Assembly: GCA_027007615.1 (NCBI GenBank)
Contig: JALTFB010000031.1
Location: forward strand, 314 to 64,313
Reading direction: 5' to 3'
From: Candidatus Shapirobacteria bacterium
Lineage (GTDB): Bacteria; Patescibacteriota; Microgenomatia; UBA12405; UBA6130
Length of the DNA: 64,000 bases
Both the position numbers and the translations under genes were made by a program. Shown piece after piece: positions 18,328 through 28,301 of the stretch. Positions within the stretch are counted from its first letter, which is position 1. Every line of letters begins with the position of its first letter. Under the pieces are notes generated by a model. The model was given only the letters and a program-made list of their open reading frames with translations, was not told where the DNA came from and did not search any database.

Positions 18328-18787
18328 GCTCTTTTTCTTTCACCGCTATGACTTGGCCACCCGCCTTAATAATCGCCGCTGCCGCGTTTTTCGTGATCGG
18401 AAGGGCGACTTTAAGCGCTTTTGTCACTCGGCCTTGAAAAACAACCTTAGGTTTATAAGAATAATCCGGCCCCTTTATTTTTTTGTGCCGCCGCAAAAAG
18501 GCCAAATCGATAATTGTTCCCGGTTTTGCTTTCCGTTCAAGCCAATCCAAAGAAACAGGCACCTTTATGTACCTGCCCCTATTATTACGGCCGCGCCAGA
18601 CCGGAAGCCGCCTTAACAACGATTTCTTATTTTTCGTCCCTTCAAACAATAAGCCGACCTTACCGCGGGCTTTTTTTCCTTTACTGCCCCTGCCGGACGT
18701 ATGCCCCCCCTTACCGGAGCCATAACCTCGCCCTAATCTTTTAGCTGAGTGTTTTACTAATGAAGGGAGCTGCTGTAAGTTAATCAT
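18320..18787 (-). CDS. rplO: 50S ribosomal protein L15
   Basis: ..RLGRGYGSGKGGHTSGRGSKGKKARG.. Confidence 0.9.
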   Translation of the reverse strand: MINLQQLPSLVKHSAKRLGRGYGSGKGGHTSGRGSKGKKARGKVGLLFEGTKNKKSLLRRLPVWRGRNNRGRYIKVPVSLDWLERKAKPGTIIDLAFLRRHKKIKGPDYSYKPKVVFQGRVTKALKVALPITKNAAAAIIKAGGQVIAVKEKEHG

Positions 18788-19263
18788 TTTTCTCCTGCAA
18801 ATTGTTTAAATGCCTCGAATACCGCGTAGGCTACCGACGTTTGGTTGCGTGATCCTAAAATTTTGGCAACCACATTGGTAACTCCGCTAACCTCCAAAAT
18901 GCTTCTTGCCGCACCGCCGGCAATAAGCCCCGTCCCGCCGCGGGCCGGCTTTAGCATTAGTTTGGTCGCCTTAAATTTTATTTCTAAAGGATAAGGGATT
19001 GTTTTTATGTCGCTGTCAAGGGTGATTTTAACCATTGCCTTTTCAGCCTTATGCATAGCCTTGCGAATTGCCGAGCCAACATCTTTTGCTTTTGCTAAAG
19101 CCACACCTAACTTTCCGGCCCCATCGCCGACGGCTACTAAAGCTGTAAAGCCTATCTGATTGCCCCCTTTCGTCTTTTTGGAAACACGCTTAATTTTAAT
19201 CACCTTGCTATCAAAACCGCTATCGCTTTCTCTTCTATTTTGTCTATTTGATTTATTAAACAT
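18784..19263 (-). CDS. rpsE: 30S ribosomal protein S5
   Basis: S5 dsRBD and C-terminal domain. Follows L18. No L30 gene lies between S5 and L15. Confidence 0.9.
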   Translation of the reverse strand: MFNKSNRQNRRESDSGFDSKVIKIKRVSKKTKGGNQIGFTALVAVGDGAGKLGVALAKAKDVGSAIRKAMHKAEKAMVKITLDSDIKTIPYPLEIKFKATKLMLKPARGGTGLIAGGAARSILEVSGVTNVVAKILGSRNQTSVAYAVFEAFKQFAGEK

Positions 19264-19274
19264 TTTTAAAAAAA

Positions 19275-19631
19275 TTAAAATTTTAACCCTCCGGCGCGAG
19301 CGCCTTCCGCTAAAGCTTTCACACGACCATGGTAAACATATCCTCCACGGTCAAAAACAACTCGCTTGAGACCTTGCTTGACAGCCTTTTCGGCCAAAAA
19401 TTGGCCTAATATCCGGGCTGTTTTCAGGCGAGATTGGTGTTGTTTGCGATATTTAGGCAATTTGAAAAGGGCTTTTGTAGAATAAGCCAATAAAACCCGT
19501 CCCGTGGTCAAATCTATAATTTGCACCCAAAGATGCCTATTGGAACGGAAAACTGTTAGCTTCCGCTTACGTTTCCCATACCTGATTTTCTGCCTGACTC
19601 GCTGCTGGCGCTGTTTCATTTGCTTTTTCAT
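19275..19631 (-). CDS. rplR: 50S ribosomal protein L18
   Basis: ..YVYHGRVKALAEGARAGGLKF C-terminus. Confidence 0.9.
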   Translation of the reverse strand: MKKQMKQRQQRVRQKIRYGKRKRKLTVFRSNRHLWVQIIDLTTGRVLLAYSTKALFKLPKYRKQHQSRLKTARILGQFLAEKAVKQGLKRVVFDRGGYVYHGRVKALAEGARAGGLKF

Positions 19632-19633
19632 TT

Positions 19634-20176
19634 TTAGGCAGCCGTTTTGGCAATTTTGCCCGGCTTCAATTTAATTATTTCTTTCTGGTAACGAATCCCT
19701 TTTCCCTTATAGGGATCGGGCGGGCGGATGCGGCGAATTTGGGCCGCTATTTCACCCACCACCTGCTTATCAACTCCATCAATAAACAGCAAATCTCCAT
19801 CTACACGAAATTGTATGCCCGCCGGAGGCTCGATTCGCACCAAATGAGAAAGCCCTACTTGAAAAATGACCGCATCGCCTTCCTTTTTTACCTTATAGCC
19901 GGTGCCCACCACCTGCATAACCTCCTGCCAGCCTTCATTTACCCCCTTCACCGCATTGGCCAAGAGGCTTCGCCAGGTGCCCCATAAAGCTCGGGTCTGG
20001 CGAGTTTCATTTTTAGGGCTAACTCGCAAAACATTTTTTTCTACAACTACCGCCAACGATAGGGGAAGAGTCTGTGCCAGCTCACCTTTGGGCCCCTTAA
20101 TTAATATCGTCTGGCCCTTTTTAACGGCAGTTACCGAATCTGGAATCGGAACCGGTTGTTGGCCAATTTTAGACAT
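19634..20176 (-). CDS. rplF: 50S ribosomal protein L6
   Basis: Two L6 domains. Confidence 0.9.
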   Translation of the reverse strand: MSKIGQQPVPIPDSVTAVKKGQTILIKGPKGELAQTLPLSLAVVVEKNVLRVSPKNETRQTRALWGTWRSLLANAVKGVNEGWQEVMQVVGTGYKVKKEGDAVIFQVGLSHLVRIEPPAGIQFRVDGDLLFIDGVDKQVVGEIAAQIRRIRPPDPYKGKGIRYQKEIIKLKPGKIAKTAA

Positions 20177-20177
20177 T

Positions 20178-20576
20178 TTAATTTATTAACACCATGGCGA
20201 TAACTTCGCCGCCAACATTAGCATGCCTTGCCTGAGACGCCACCATTATGCCTTTTGGCGTAGATATGATAACAAAGCCTTTGCCACGGGAAAAAGGAAG
20301 TTTTCGGGCGCCGGAATAATAACGGCGTCCGGGCTTGGAAAATAATTTAACATTAGCCAAAACCGGCTTATCGGCAGATCCCGGATAATAGCGCATTTCC
20401 ACCGTGAAAAATTTTGTTTTATTTTTAGGAAGGCGCACCGAGGATAAGACGCCTTGCTTTTGCAATAAGCGGGCAATAGCTAAATTTAAAGTCGACCTAA
20501 GAATCGAAACCCGCCGTTGGTGGGCCAGAGAGGCATTTTTCAAACGAATTAAGAAATCACCCGCTAAATAATCCAT
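20178..20576 (-). CDS. rpsH: 30S ribosomal protein S8
   Basis: MDYLAGDFLIRLKNA.. N-terminus. Confidence 0.9.
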   Translation of the reverse strand: MDYLAGDFLIRLKNASLAHQRRVSILRSTLNLAIARLLQKQGVLSSVRLPKNKTKFFTVEMRYYPGSADKPVLANVKLFSKPGRRYYSGARKLPFSRGKGFVIISTPKGIMVASQARHANVGGEVIAMVLIN

Positions 20577-20579
20577 TGA

Positions 20580-20765
20580 TTACCAGCTTGCCTTTTTAAC
20601 TCCAGGCAGCTCCCCTTTAATTGCTAATTCTCGAAAACAAAGCCGGCAAAGGCCAAAATAACGGATATATCCCCGCGGCCGGCCGCAAAGTTTACAGCGG
20701 TTGCGATAACGGCCGCTATGCCTTAGCTTCTTTGTTTCTCGAACGATTTTTGCTTTATTTGCCAT
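20580..20765 (-). CDS. rpsZ: 30S ribosomal protein S14, type Z (zinc-binding, 61 aa)
   Basis: [20 protein letters not shown] four-cysteine motif. Confidence 0.9.
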   Translation of the reverse strand: MANKAKIVRETKKLRHSGRYRNRCKLCGRPRGYIRYFGLCRLCFRELAIKGELPGVKKASW

Positions 20766-21304
20766 TACTGTTTCCTCTCAAAAATAGCTCCTAAACTTTC
20801 TAACAAAAGTTGCGCCTCTTGAAGGCTATTAGTCGAAGTGACAATAGTAATTTCTAGCCCCTTAATCCGCCGCACTTGGTCGGGAGATATCTCTGGGAAC
20901 ACTGCCTGTTCACTGATACCTAAAGTATAATTACCATATTTATCGAAACTTTTCAATGAAAGCCCACGGAAATCACGCAAGCGCGGCAGGACCAAATGAA
21001 AAAGCCTCTCTAAAAAATCATACATTTGCCGCCGTCTTAAAGTCACCTTTAAGCCAATGAGCTCATTGCGGCGCAAGTGAAAACCGGAGATTGCCTTCCG
21101 CGCCCGGCACAGTTGGGGATGGCGCCCGGTAATCTGGGCCAATTCTTTCTTTGCTTCTTCAACCGCCGTCTTGTCATCGCGAAAGCCGGCAATGCCCATA
21201 TTAATAATTACTTTCTCAACCCGTGGCACTGACAACAAGTTTTTCTTGCCAAGTTTCTTCATTAACCGGGGAGCTATTTTCCGGGAAAAATCTTTAGCTA
21301 GCAT
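20765..21304 (-). CDS. rplE: 50S ribosomal protein L5
   Basis: Start trimmed to ATG 21304 ([19 protein letters not shown]..). The track ORF start at 21379 overlaps L24 heavily. Confidence 0.85.
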   Translation of the reverse strand: MLAKDFSRKIAPRLMKKLGKKNLLSVPRVEKVIINMGIAGFRDDKTAVEEAKKELAQITGRHPQLCRARKAISGFHLRRNELIGLKVTLRRRQMYDFLERLFHLVLPRLRDFRGLSLKSFDKYGNYTLGISEQAVFPEISPDQVRRIKGLEITIVTSTNSLQEAQLLLESLGAIFERKQ

Positions 21305-21629
21305 TTTTACCTCCGCCGAAGGGCTCGCCGCAACGCCGGCAAACCCGCAATTTAACGCCTTTCTCAAAACGAAAGGCAACTCGCGTTGGCTTATGGCAGT
21401 GCGGACAGATCGCCATTATTTTAGAGGCCAACAACGGCCTTTCTATTTCTAAAATCCCACCGGGTTGGTCCCCCTGGGCCTTAACGTGCTTTTTAACAAT
21501 ATTAATGCCTTTCACAATTACCATTCTTTTACCGGACAAAACCTTCTTTATCCGCCCCTTACGGCCACGATCTTTGCCTTGCAAAACTACCACCTCATCA
21601 CCAGATCTAACTTTAAGTTTCAACTTCAT
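21294..21629 (-). CDS. rplX: 50S ribosomal protein L24 with C-terminal C4 zinc ribbon
   Basis: KOW motif GDEVVVLQGKDRGRKG. C-terminus ICPHCHKPTRVAFRFEKGVKLRVCRRCG replaces the usual acidic/hairpin tail. Confidence 0.85.
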   Translation of the reverse strand: MKLKLKVRSGDEVVVLQGKDRGRKGRIKKVLSGKRMVIVKGINIVKKHVKAQGDQPGGILEIERPLLASKIMAICPHCHKPTRVAFRFEKGVKLRVCRRCGEPFGGGKNAS

Positions 21630-21631
21630 GT

Positions 21632-22000
21632 TTAGATTACCTCCTTAGCTAGAGAAACAATCTTGCTGTATCCTTTTTCGCGAATTTCCCGAGCAATGGG
21701 CCCAAAAGTGCGGCTGCCTCGAGGATTACCGTGCTCATCAATAATCACCGCCGCATTGTCGTCAAAACGGACGTAAGAGCCATCCTTCCTGCGCAACTCT
21801 TTGCGCGTCCTTACCACCACGGCCTTGACTTTTTCTTTCCGCTTTACCACCCCGTCTGCCGCCGCCTCCTTAACCACAGCTAAGATTTTGTCACCGATGC
21901 GCGCATAAAAACGCCGGCTGCCGCCATAAACATGGATCAGCATCAGTTTTTTGGCCCCAGTGTTATCGGCCGCCGCCAGAATAGACCTTAATTGCAACAT
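21632..22000 (-). CDS. rplN: 50S ribosomal protein L14
   Basis: [19 protein letters not shown].. N-terminus. Confidence 0.9.
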   Translation of the reverse strand: MLQLRSILAAADNTGAKKLMLIHVYGGSRRFYARIGDKILAVVKEAAADGVVKRKEKVKAVVVRTRKELRRKDGSYVRFDDNAAVIIDEHGNPRGSRTFGPIAREIREKGYSKIVSLAKEVI

Positions 22001-22001
22001 T

Positions 22002-22265
22002 TTATTTTCTCCGTAAAATTTTAGTAACCGTAAATCTTTTTAACTTGCTCAAGGGACGGACCTCTTTAATTTCTACCCAATCGCCCTGACTGGCGCCTAA
22101 CTGGTTATCCGCGTAGAATTTATTTCTTTTAACTACCACCCGGCGATAAAACGGATGAGGCCGGCGCTCCTCCCTCAAGACCACCGCTGTTTTAGCCATT
22201 TTCACAGAAACTACTTGGCCTTGGAAAAATTTGCCTTGGCGTTTAATTTTTATCTTTTTCTTCAT
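22002..22265 (-). CDS. rpsQ: 30S ribosomal protein S17
   Basis: OB fold ..[29 protein letters not shown].. Confidence 0.9.
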   Translation of the reverse strand: MKKKIKIKRQGKFFQGQVVSVKMAKTAVVLREERRPHPFYRRVVVKRNKFYADNQLGASQGDWVEIKEVRPLSKLKRFTVTKILRRK

Positions 22266-22491
22266 GCTTTTGTTCCTTAAACTCAGCTAATAACGTTTTT
22301 TCGCGAATGTAAGTGGCCAAAACGGCAATTTGATAATGCAGCTCCCTCATCAGGCGCGTATTTTTCAATTGCCCCCTGCTCAGCTTCATTTTAGCCAATA
22401 AAAGCTCTCGGCGTTTTTGCGCCAATTCCGTCAGCAATTCCGCCTTTTTCTGCCGACGCCATAACCGATTTTGTTTTTGTCTCTTCTTCAT
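22243..22491 (-). CDS. rpmC: 50S ribosomal protein L29
   Basis: Helical, 82 aa, between L16 and S17. Confidence 0.8.
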   Translation of the reverse strand: MKKRQKQNRLWRRQKKAELLTELAQKRRELLLAKMKLSRGQLKNTRLMRELHYQIAVLATYIREKTLLAEFKEQKHEEKDKN

Positions 22492-22895
22492 TTTCTAACG
22501 ACTATTTTAGTTGCTAACGGTAGCTTGGTAATCGCTCTGCGTAAAGCCTCCCAGGCTGTTTTTTCTTCCACGCCACTCAGCTCAAAGATTACTTTTCCCG
22601 GGCGGATAACAGCCACATAAGTATCAACATCCCCCTTGCCGCCGCCCATTGTTGATCCCGCCGGTTTTTTGGTTACCGGCTTATCGGGAAAAATTCTAAT
22701 CCACATTTTACCACTTCTCTTGGTATAATTTGTAATTGCCCGACGAGCAGCCTCTATTTGGGCCGCTGTCAGCCAGCCGGCCTCAAGACTCTTAAGGCCA
22801 ATCTCTCCAAAGGTAATGCTAAAACCGGATTGGGCCCTACCTCCTATATGGCCGCGAAATTGTTTGCGAAATTTTGTTTTTCTTGGCTGTAACAT
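22488..22895 (-). CDS. rplP: 50S ribosomal protein L16
   Basis: MLQPRKTKFRKQFRGHIGG.. N-terminus. Confidence 0.9.
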   Translation of the reverse strand: MLQPRKTKFRKQFRGHIGGRAQSGFSITFGEIGLKSLEAGWLTAAQIEAARRAITNYTKRSGKMWIRIFPDKPVTKKPAGSTMGGGKGDVDTYVAVIRPGKVIFELSGVEEKTAWEALRRAITKLPLATKIVVRK

Positions 22896-22897
22896 GG

Positions 22898-23545
22898 TTA
22901 TTTTCCGCGATTAATATAAACTCTTAAACCTATGTATCCCGATCTGGTAAGGACCGGCGTTTGGGCATAATCAATGTTGCTGCGAATAGTGTTAAGGGAA
23001 ACTTGGCCGCGATAAAATTTTTCCTGGCGGCTAATTTCGGCGCCATTAACTCGCCCTTTGATAATTATTTTTACTCCCTTAGCACCGGCGGCTATAATCC
23101 TATCCATTGCCTGGTTAATGACCCGCCGATACGGCATGCGGCGCAATAACTGGCTGGCTATCCGCTCTGACACCACTTTCGCCGAGAAATCGGGATTTTT
23201 GTATTCTTCCACATCTAATTCCAAGTTTTTATCCGGATGGTTAATGGTTTTAACCATCGTTTTCAACTTCCCTTTTAATTCTTCCAAGCCTTTTCCGCCC
23301 CGGCCAATAACCAACCCCGGCCGAGTGACTACCAAAGTTATTTTAATATTCCTATTAAAGCGCTCTATGTAAATGGCCGCCACTCCAGCTTGGCGCAACC
23401 TATCTTCTAAGAAGCGACGCAGATTCAAATCTTCCTGCCAAAAAGCAATATATTGTTTCTTATTGGCAAACCAACGTGAAGTCCAGCTTACATTAGTTTT
23501 CGGGCTGCCTAATCGGAAAGCAACCGGATTAACTTTTTGCCCCAT
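22898..23545 (-). CDS. rpsC: 30S ribosomal protein S3
   Basis: MGQKVNPVAFRLG.. KH domain. Confidence 0.9.
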   Translation of the reverse strand: MGQKVNPVAFRLGSPKTNVSWTSRWFANKKQYIAFWQEDLNLRRFLEDRLRQAGVAAIYIERFNRNIKITLVVTRPGLVIGRGGKGLEELKGKLKTMVKTINHPDKNLELDVEEYKNPDFSAKVVSERIASQLLRRMPYRRVINQAMDRIIAAGAKGVKIIIKGRVNGAEISRQEKFYRGQVSLNTIRSNIDYAQTPVLTRSGYIGLRVYINRGK

Positions 23546-23930
23546 CTTTTTTTACCCCTTTAAGGCTAACAATTAAATGGCTGCGCCGTTTTTGGATAAG
23601 GCCTTGGTGGAAACGGGCACTGTGCGACTTATCCATTCGCTTAAGCCGTGTCCCTTCGTTGACCAGAATCTTTTCAAAGCGCAAGCTAGATTTATTAAGG
23701 TGGAAATTGTGCTCGGCATCGGCAATCGCCGTCCTAACGGCCTTATATAAAAAACGGGCACCCTTCTTATTGACAAATGGTAGGAGCGTCAGGGCCTCCT
23801 CGGGAGTCTTATTTTTAAAAGCTGCCGCAACAAGCCTCAATTTGCGCGGGGAAATCGGCAATGACCGCGCCATAGTAGTAACAACTTTAGACATCGGCTT
23901 CTTTTTGCTTTTTTGCGCTTTTGCTTTCAT
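23529..23930 (-). CDS. rplV: 50S ribosomal protein L22
   Basis: L22 fold, between S19 and S3. Confidence 0.85.
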   Translation of the reverse strand: MKAKAQKSKKKPMSKVVTTMARSLPISPRKLRLVAAAFKNKTPEEALTLLPFVNKKGARFLYKAVRTAIADAEHNFHLNKSSLRFEKILVNEGTRLKRMDKSHSARFHQGLIQKRRSHLIVSLKGVKKDGAKS

Positions 23931-24214
23931 TATGTCTTCTCCACAATCCTCTTAACAACTCGGCCGTGCCCCCGGAAAGTACGGGTTGGCGCAAATTCTC
24001 CCAAGCGGTACCCAACCATATCTTCAACTATAAAGACTTTGATGAATTTCCGGCCATTATGGACTAAAAAGGTATAACCCACAAACTCTGGTGGGATTTG
24101 GCTTGCTCGAGCCCAAGTTTTGATAGGTTCTTTTTTGCCGGCGGCCTTTTGAGAAGCTACTTTTGACAATAGCTTTACGTCAACATAGGGCCCCTTTTTA
24201 GAACTGCGGCTCAT
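23930..24214 (-). CDS. rpsS: 30S ribosomal protein S19
   Basis: [16 protein letters not shown].. N-terminus. Confidence 0.9.
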   Translation of the reverse strand: MSRSSKKGPYVDVKLLSKVASQKAAGKKEPIKTWARASQIPPEFVGYTFLVHNGRKFIKVFIVEDMVGYRLGEFAPTRTFRGHGRVVKRIVEKT

Positions 24215-24969
24215 GGTTTCCTCCGTTTTACAATTAACCGTTCCGAATATTTATGCCGGCGGCGCGTTCTTTTCCCCAGAGCTTTTTTACCCCAAGGAGT
24301 CTTGGGAAATTTCATGCCAATTCCCGAGCGGCCTTCGCCGCCACCGTGAGGATGGGAACCAGGATGCTGAGCTACTCCTCTCACTGTAGGGCGAATTCCC
24401 CTATGACGCTTACTGCCGGCTTTGCCTAATTTTACCTTATTCCAACCGACATTGCTAATCTGCCCAATAGTGGCTGTCGCTTTGGAAGAAAAAATGCGCA
24501 ACTCTCCGGAAGGCATTTTCACCAAGACTTTAGTTTTCTCTTGGCTCTGAATATAGGCGGCCGCCCCGGCGCTGCGGACTAATTGGCCGCCTTTACCCGG
24601 ACGGATTTCTAAATTATGAATCGCCACGCCGGCCGGTATGTTGGCCAAAGGAAGACTGTTCCCAATCTCAATCGGAGCCTTAGCGGCAGCAACTACTTTA
24701 TCGCCCGCTTTTAACCCTTTTGGAGCTATAATATAGCGGCGTTCACCGTCTTTGTAAAGCAAAAGAGCAATATTAGCCGTTCTGTTGGGATCATACTCTA
24801 TCGCTTCCACCTTAGCCTCTATATTCCGCTTGTTGCGCCGCCAATCAATTTTCCGTAATTGACGCTTATGTTCTCCCCCTTTATGGCGTACCGCCACATG
24901 CCCTTTATTGTCACGGCCGCCATGCTTTTTGCGGATGCGCAAAAGAGACTGAGCTTTCCTATTATTCAT
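24211..24969 (-). CDS. rplB: 50S ribosomal protein L2
   Basis: C-terminal ..HPHGGGEGR.. Confidence 0.9.
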   Translation of the reverse strand: MNNRKAQSLLRIRKKHGGRDNKGHVAVRHKGGEHKRQLRKIDWRRNKRNIEAKVEAIEYDPNRTANIALLLYKDGERRYIIAPKGLKAGDKVVAAAKAPIEIGNSLPLANIPAGVAIHNLEIRPGKGGQLVRSAGAAAYIQSQEKTKVLVKMPSGELRIFSSKATATIGQISNVGWNKVKLGKAGSKRHRGIRPTVRGVAQHPGSHPHGGGEGRSGIGMKFPKTPWGKKALGKRTRRRHKYSERLIVKRRKP

Positions 24970-25259
24970 TTCTTAGTTTCCTTAAGTGATAACTCTTTAA
25001 TCTTTTCTCCTTCTTTCAAAAAAACCAAAAACTTTTTTCGCTTGGGCCGGCGGTGTGAACGGCGTTGCCGCCAGTTCATTTTTACCTTTCCCCAACGAAA
25101 CATGCTATTCACCTTAGCCACTTTTACGCCAAAAAGTTCTTCTACTAACTCGCGCACTTGGTTCTTGGTGGCCGTTACCGGAGCCCAAAAACAATAAACC
25201 CCCCGCTCCTGATCTTGGACGGCCTTCTCGCTTAGAATCGGCTCCAGAAGAAACCTCAT
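24966..25259 (-). CDS. rplW: 50S ribosomal protein L23
   Basis: 97 aa between L4 and L2. Confidence 0.85.
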   Translation of the reverse strand: MRFLLEPILSEKAVQDQERGVYCFWAPVTATKNQVRELVEELFGVKVAKVNSMFRWGKVKMNWRQRRSHRRPKRKKFLVFLKEGEKIKELSLKETKK

Positions 25260-25963
25260 TGTTCGCCGGCTCCCAATTTGTTCAAATAATCAATGGCTTC
25301 TGGGTTAATAAGCAAATATCGATACTGCAAAAACCTATAGGCATTCAGCCTACTGGCATTAATAAAACCTAACTGCCAGCGCTTTTCAATCTGGCGCAGA
25401 TTCTTTAAACCTCTCTGTTTTTCCGGCTTTAGCCCATATAAGAAAACTGCCACCTTGTTGGCGGTAACTTTCTGTTTGGTTAATAACGTAGCCATTTTAG
25501 CCTCCACTTTGCGTGTTTTCGGGGGCAATTTTTGCCAACCGGAAACAACCAATAGCTTCCGTTCTCGAAAATAATCGCTTAAAACAGACAAAAGCGCCAA
25601 CCGCTTCATTTTTTTGGGCAGCCGCAATTGCCAATTGGCATCTCCGCGCGGGCCATGGGCAACACCACCGCCAACAAAAATGGGGGCGTAACGATCTCCA
25701 TGGCGGGCCCGGCCGGTGCCTTTTTGAGACCAAATTTTCCGGCGCGAACCTCTTACTTCGCCGCGGCTTTTCACTTTTGCATGGGCATTGCGGCAGCGAG
25801 ACAAATAGACCCGAACCGCTTGAGCAACCAATTGTTTATTGGGCTTAATCCCAAAAACTTCCGGAGACAAATCAATTGTCTGTTCCGTCACCCGCCCGCT
25901 GAGACTGTAAATCGGTACCGCAAAAGGGTTAATTTTCTTTTTTGCCGCCATTGTCATCCTCAC
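25256..25963 (-). CDS. rplD: 50S ribosomal protein L4
   Basis: 235 aa between L3 and L23. Confidence 0.85.
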   Translation of the reverse strand: MRMTMAAKKKINPFAVPIYSLSGRVTEQTIDLSPEVFGIKPNKQLVAQAVRVYLSRCRNAHAKVKSRGEVRGSRRKIWSQKGTGRARHGDRYAPIFVGGGVAHGPRGDANWQLRLPKKMKRLALLSVLSDYFRERKLLVVSGWQKLPPKTRKVEAKMATLLTKQKVTANKVAVFLYGLKPEKQRGLKNLRQIEKRWQLGFINASRLNAYRFLQYRYLLINPEAIDYLNKLGAGEQ

Positions 25964-26612
25964 CAGCTTCCGCTAAGGGAGCAAATTCCTGCTTCCGGCC
26001 GGTAACTTCTAAATAAACCCAACTATTGTAGTGCCCGGGGATAGCGCCCCTAATCCAAACTTCATTGTTCTCTGCATTGGTCTTAACCACCAAAAGATTA
26101 TCTACCGTAATTTGTTGATGACCATAATGGCCCGGCATTTTCTTCCCTTTTATTACCCGGCCCGGTGTTTGGGCGCCAATTGACCCCGGCGCCCGCTCCC
26201 TATCCGATTGGCCATGTGTCTTAGGCTGGCTATGGAATCCCCAACGCTTAATCACTCCGGCAAAACCTCGCCCCTTGCTTATACTCCTTACCTTCACCAA
26301 CTGCCCCGGCTGAAAAACATCGCTTAGCTTAACCTCTTCACCTATTTTCTGCGGCAATTCGCTAGCCGGCAAATTTTTAAATCTGAACCAATTATGCTTA
26401 AGTCCCGCTTTTCTAAGAATGCCGGCCAGCGCTTTATTGAGCTTTCTTTTCTCTGCGCCACTGCTGACTACCTGAACTTGCTTCAACTGCGGATAAATTC
26501 CCGTCACATAGCTTGGCGGAGCAAACAATACCGTGATAGGCACTACCAGCCCCTCCTTGTCAAAGGCTTGCATCATCTGTTTTTTTTGCGTCCAAAAACC
26601 TAATATTTTCAT
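25929..26612 (-). CDS. rplC: 50S ribosomal protein L3
   Basis: Start trimmed to ATG 26612 (MKILGFWTQKKQMMQAFDKEG..). Confidence 0.85.
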   Translation of the reverse strand: MKILGFWTQKKQMMQAFDKEGLVVPITVLFAPPSYVTGIYPQLKQVQVVSSGAEKRKLNKALAGILRKAGLKHNWFRFKNLPASELPQKIGEEVKLSDVFQPGQLVKVRSISKGRGFAGVIKRWGFHSQPKTHGQSDRERAPGSIGAQTPGRVIKGKKMPGHYGHQQITVDNLLVVKTNAENNEVWIRGAIPGHYNSWVYLEVTGRKQEFAPLAEAGEDDNGGKKEN

Positions 26613-26716
26613 GACAATAAAAAAAGGGCTCGGGGCCCCTTTTAATTCTTTTCCTGCTTTAAACAAAGCTGCGTCAATTGGCTAAAATGCCAAATTTTTC
26701 ACTTTCCGATGGCCTC

Positions 26717-27025
26717 CTAAATTTTAATTTCTACTCGTACTCCAGCCGGCAATTCTAAATGCTGGAGACTGTCTAACACCCGGGCATTCACTTCATAAAC
26801 ATCAATAATCCGCTTATGCGTCAAAATTTCAAAGTGGTCTCGCGCATCTTTATCGGTATGAGGGCTTGTAGTGACTACAAAAAGCTTCCTTCCGGTCGGC
26901 AAAGGTATTGGCCCGGCAATGCGAGCTCCACTAGTCACCACCGCTTCAATTATTTTACCTGCCGCCTCATCAATAAGGCGATGGTCGTATGATTTTAAAC
27001 GTACGCGCAATCTTTGCCTAGCCAT
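26717..27025 (-). CDS. rpsJ: 30S ribosomal protein S10
   Basis: MARQRLRVRLKSYDHRLIDEAAGKIIE.. N-terminus. Confidence 0.9.
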   Translation of the reverse strand: MARQRLRVRLKSYDHRLIDEAAGKIIEAVVTSGARIAGPIPLPTGRKLFVVTTSPHTDKDARDHFEILTHKRIIDVYEVNARVLDSLQHLELPAGVRVEIKI

Positions 27026-27039
27026 TGGCTAGATTAACC

Positions 27040-28239
27040 TCATTCGATAATTTCAGTAACCACTCCTGCCCCTACAGTTAAACCGCCTTCGCGTATAGCA
27101 AACCTGTTGCCCTTTTCCAAAGCAACCGGCTTAATGAGTTCTACTTCTAAAGCGGCATTATCGCCAGGCATAATCATTTCCGTACCTTCTGCTAGCTTTA
27201 TCGAACCCGTTACGTCGGTAGTCATAATGTAAATTTGGGGACGATAACCGCTAAAGAAAGGCGTATGCCGGCCTCCCTCTTCTTTTTTAAGGACATAAAC
27301 TTCCGCCTTAAATTTTGTGTGGGGAGTAATCGATCCCGGAGCCGCCAAGACCATGCCGCGCTCCACATCTTTCTTTTCAATACCCCGCAGTAAAATGCCA
27401 ATATTGTCTCCCGCCTGGCCCTCTTCCAAAATTTTACGGAACATTTCTATGCCGGTAATTACCGTCTTTCTGGTCCCCCTTAGGCCAACGATTTCAATTT
27501 CATCATTCAATTTTATCTTGCCTCGGCTGACTCTCCCGGTTACCACCGTACCCCTGCCTTTAATTGAAAAAATATCTTCTATCGGCATCAAAAAGGGCTT
27601 GTCAAGGTCGCGTTTTGGCGTGGGAATATAATCATCGACCGCTTTCATTAGGTCCAGAATTGATTTTTCCGCCGCAGCATCGCCTTCGATAGCCTTAAGA
27701 GCCGAACCGCGAATCACTGGAACATTATCGCCATCATATTGGTATTTCTTCAACAATTCCCGCGTTTCCCCCTCAACCAAATCCAAGAACTCGGCATCAT
27801 CAACCAAATCAACCTTATTCAAAAAGACAACTATGGCCGGAACATTTACTTGGCGGGCCAAAAGGACGTGCTCCCGCGTTTGCGGCATTGGACCATCGGC
27901 TGCCGAAACCACCAAAATAGCGCCATCCATTTGGGCGGCGCCGGTAATCATATTTTTAACATAATCGGCGTGCCCCGGACAGTCAATATGGGCGTAATGC
28001 CGCTTATCTGTCTCATACTCTACATGAGCAATGGAAATTGTCAAAATTTTATTGTCATCACGCACCGCGCCTCCCTTGGCGATATCGGCATATTTCATCT
28101 CCTTAGCTTTGCCTTCTTTTGCCAAAACTTTGGTAATAGCTGCCGTTAAAGTTGTTTTGCCATGATCAACATGACCAATAGTCCCAATGTTGACATGGGG
28201 TTTATTGCGTTCAAATTTTTGTTTAGTTGTAGCTGCCAC
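27040..28239 (-). CDS. tuf: Elongation factor Tu
   Basis: [30 protein letters not shown] motifs. Likely GTG start at 28239 ([20 protein letters not shown]), preceded by AAGGAGGT with a 5-nt spacer. The track ORF runs upstream to 28299. Confidence 0.9.
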   Translation of the reverse strand: MAATTKQKFERNKPHVNIGTIGHVDHGKTTLTAAITKVLAKEGKAKEMKYADIAKGGAVRDDNKILTISIAHVEYETDKRHYAHIDCPGHADYVKNMITGAAQMDGAILVVSAADGPMPQTREHVLLARQVNVPAIVVFLNKVDLVDDAEFLDLVEGETRELLKKYQYDGDNVPVIRGSALKAIEGDAAAEKSILDLMKAVDDYIPTPKRDLDKPFLMPIEDIFSIKGRGTVVTGRVSRGKIKLNDEIEIVGLRGTRKTVITGIEMFRKILEEGQAGDNIGILLRGIEKKDVERGMVLAAPGSITPHTKFKAEVYVLKKEEGGRHTPFFSGYRPQIYIMTTDVTGSIKLAEGTEMIMPGDNAALEVELIKPVALEKGNRFAIREGGLTVGAGVVTEIIE

Positions 28240-28301
28240 TCTAACCTCCTTAATAAAAGTTAACTTTGAAATTGTAACATTTACTTTTCCGAATTGCAAA
28301 C

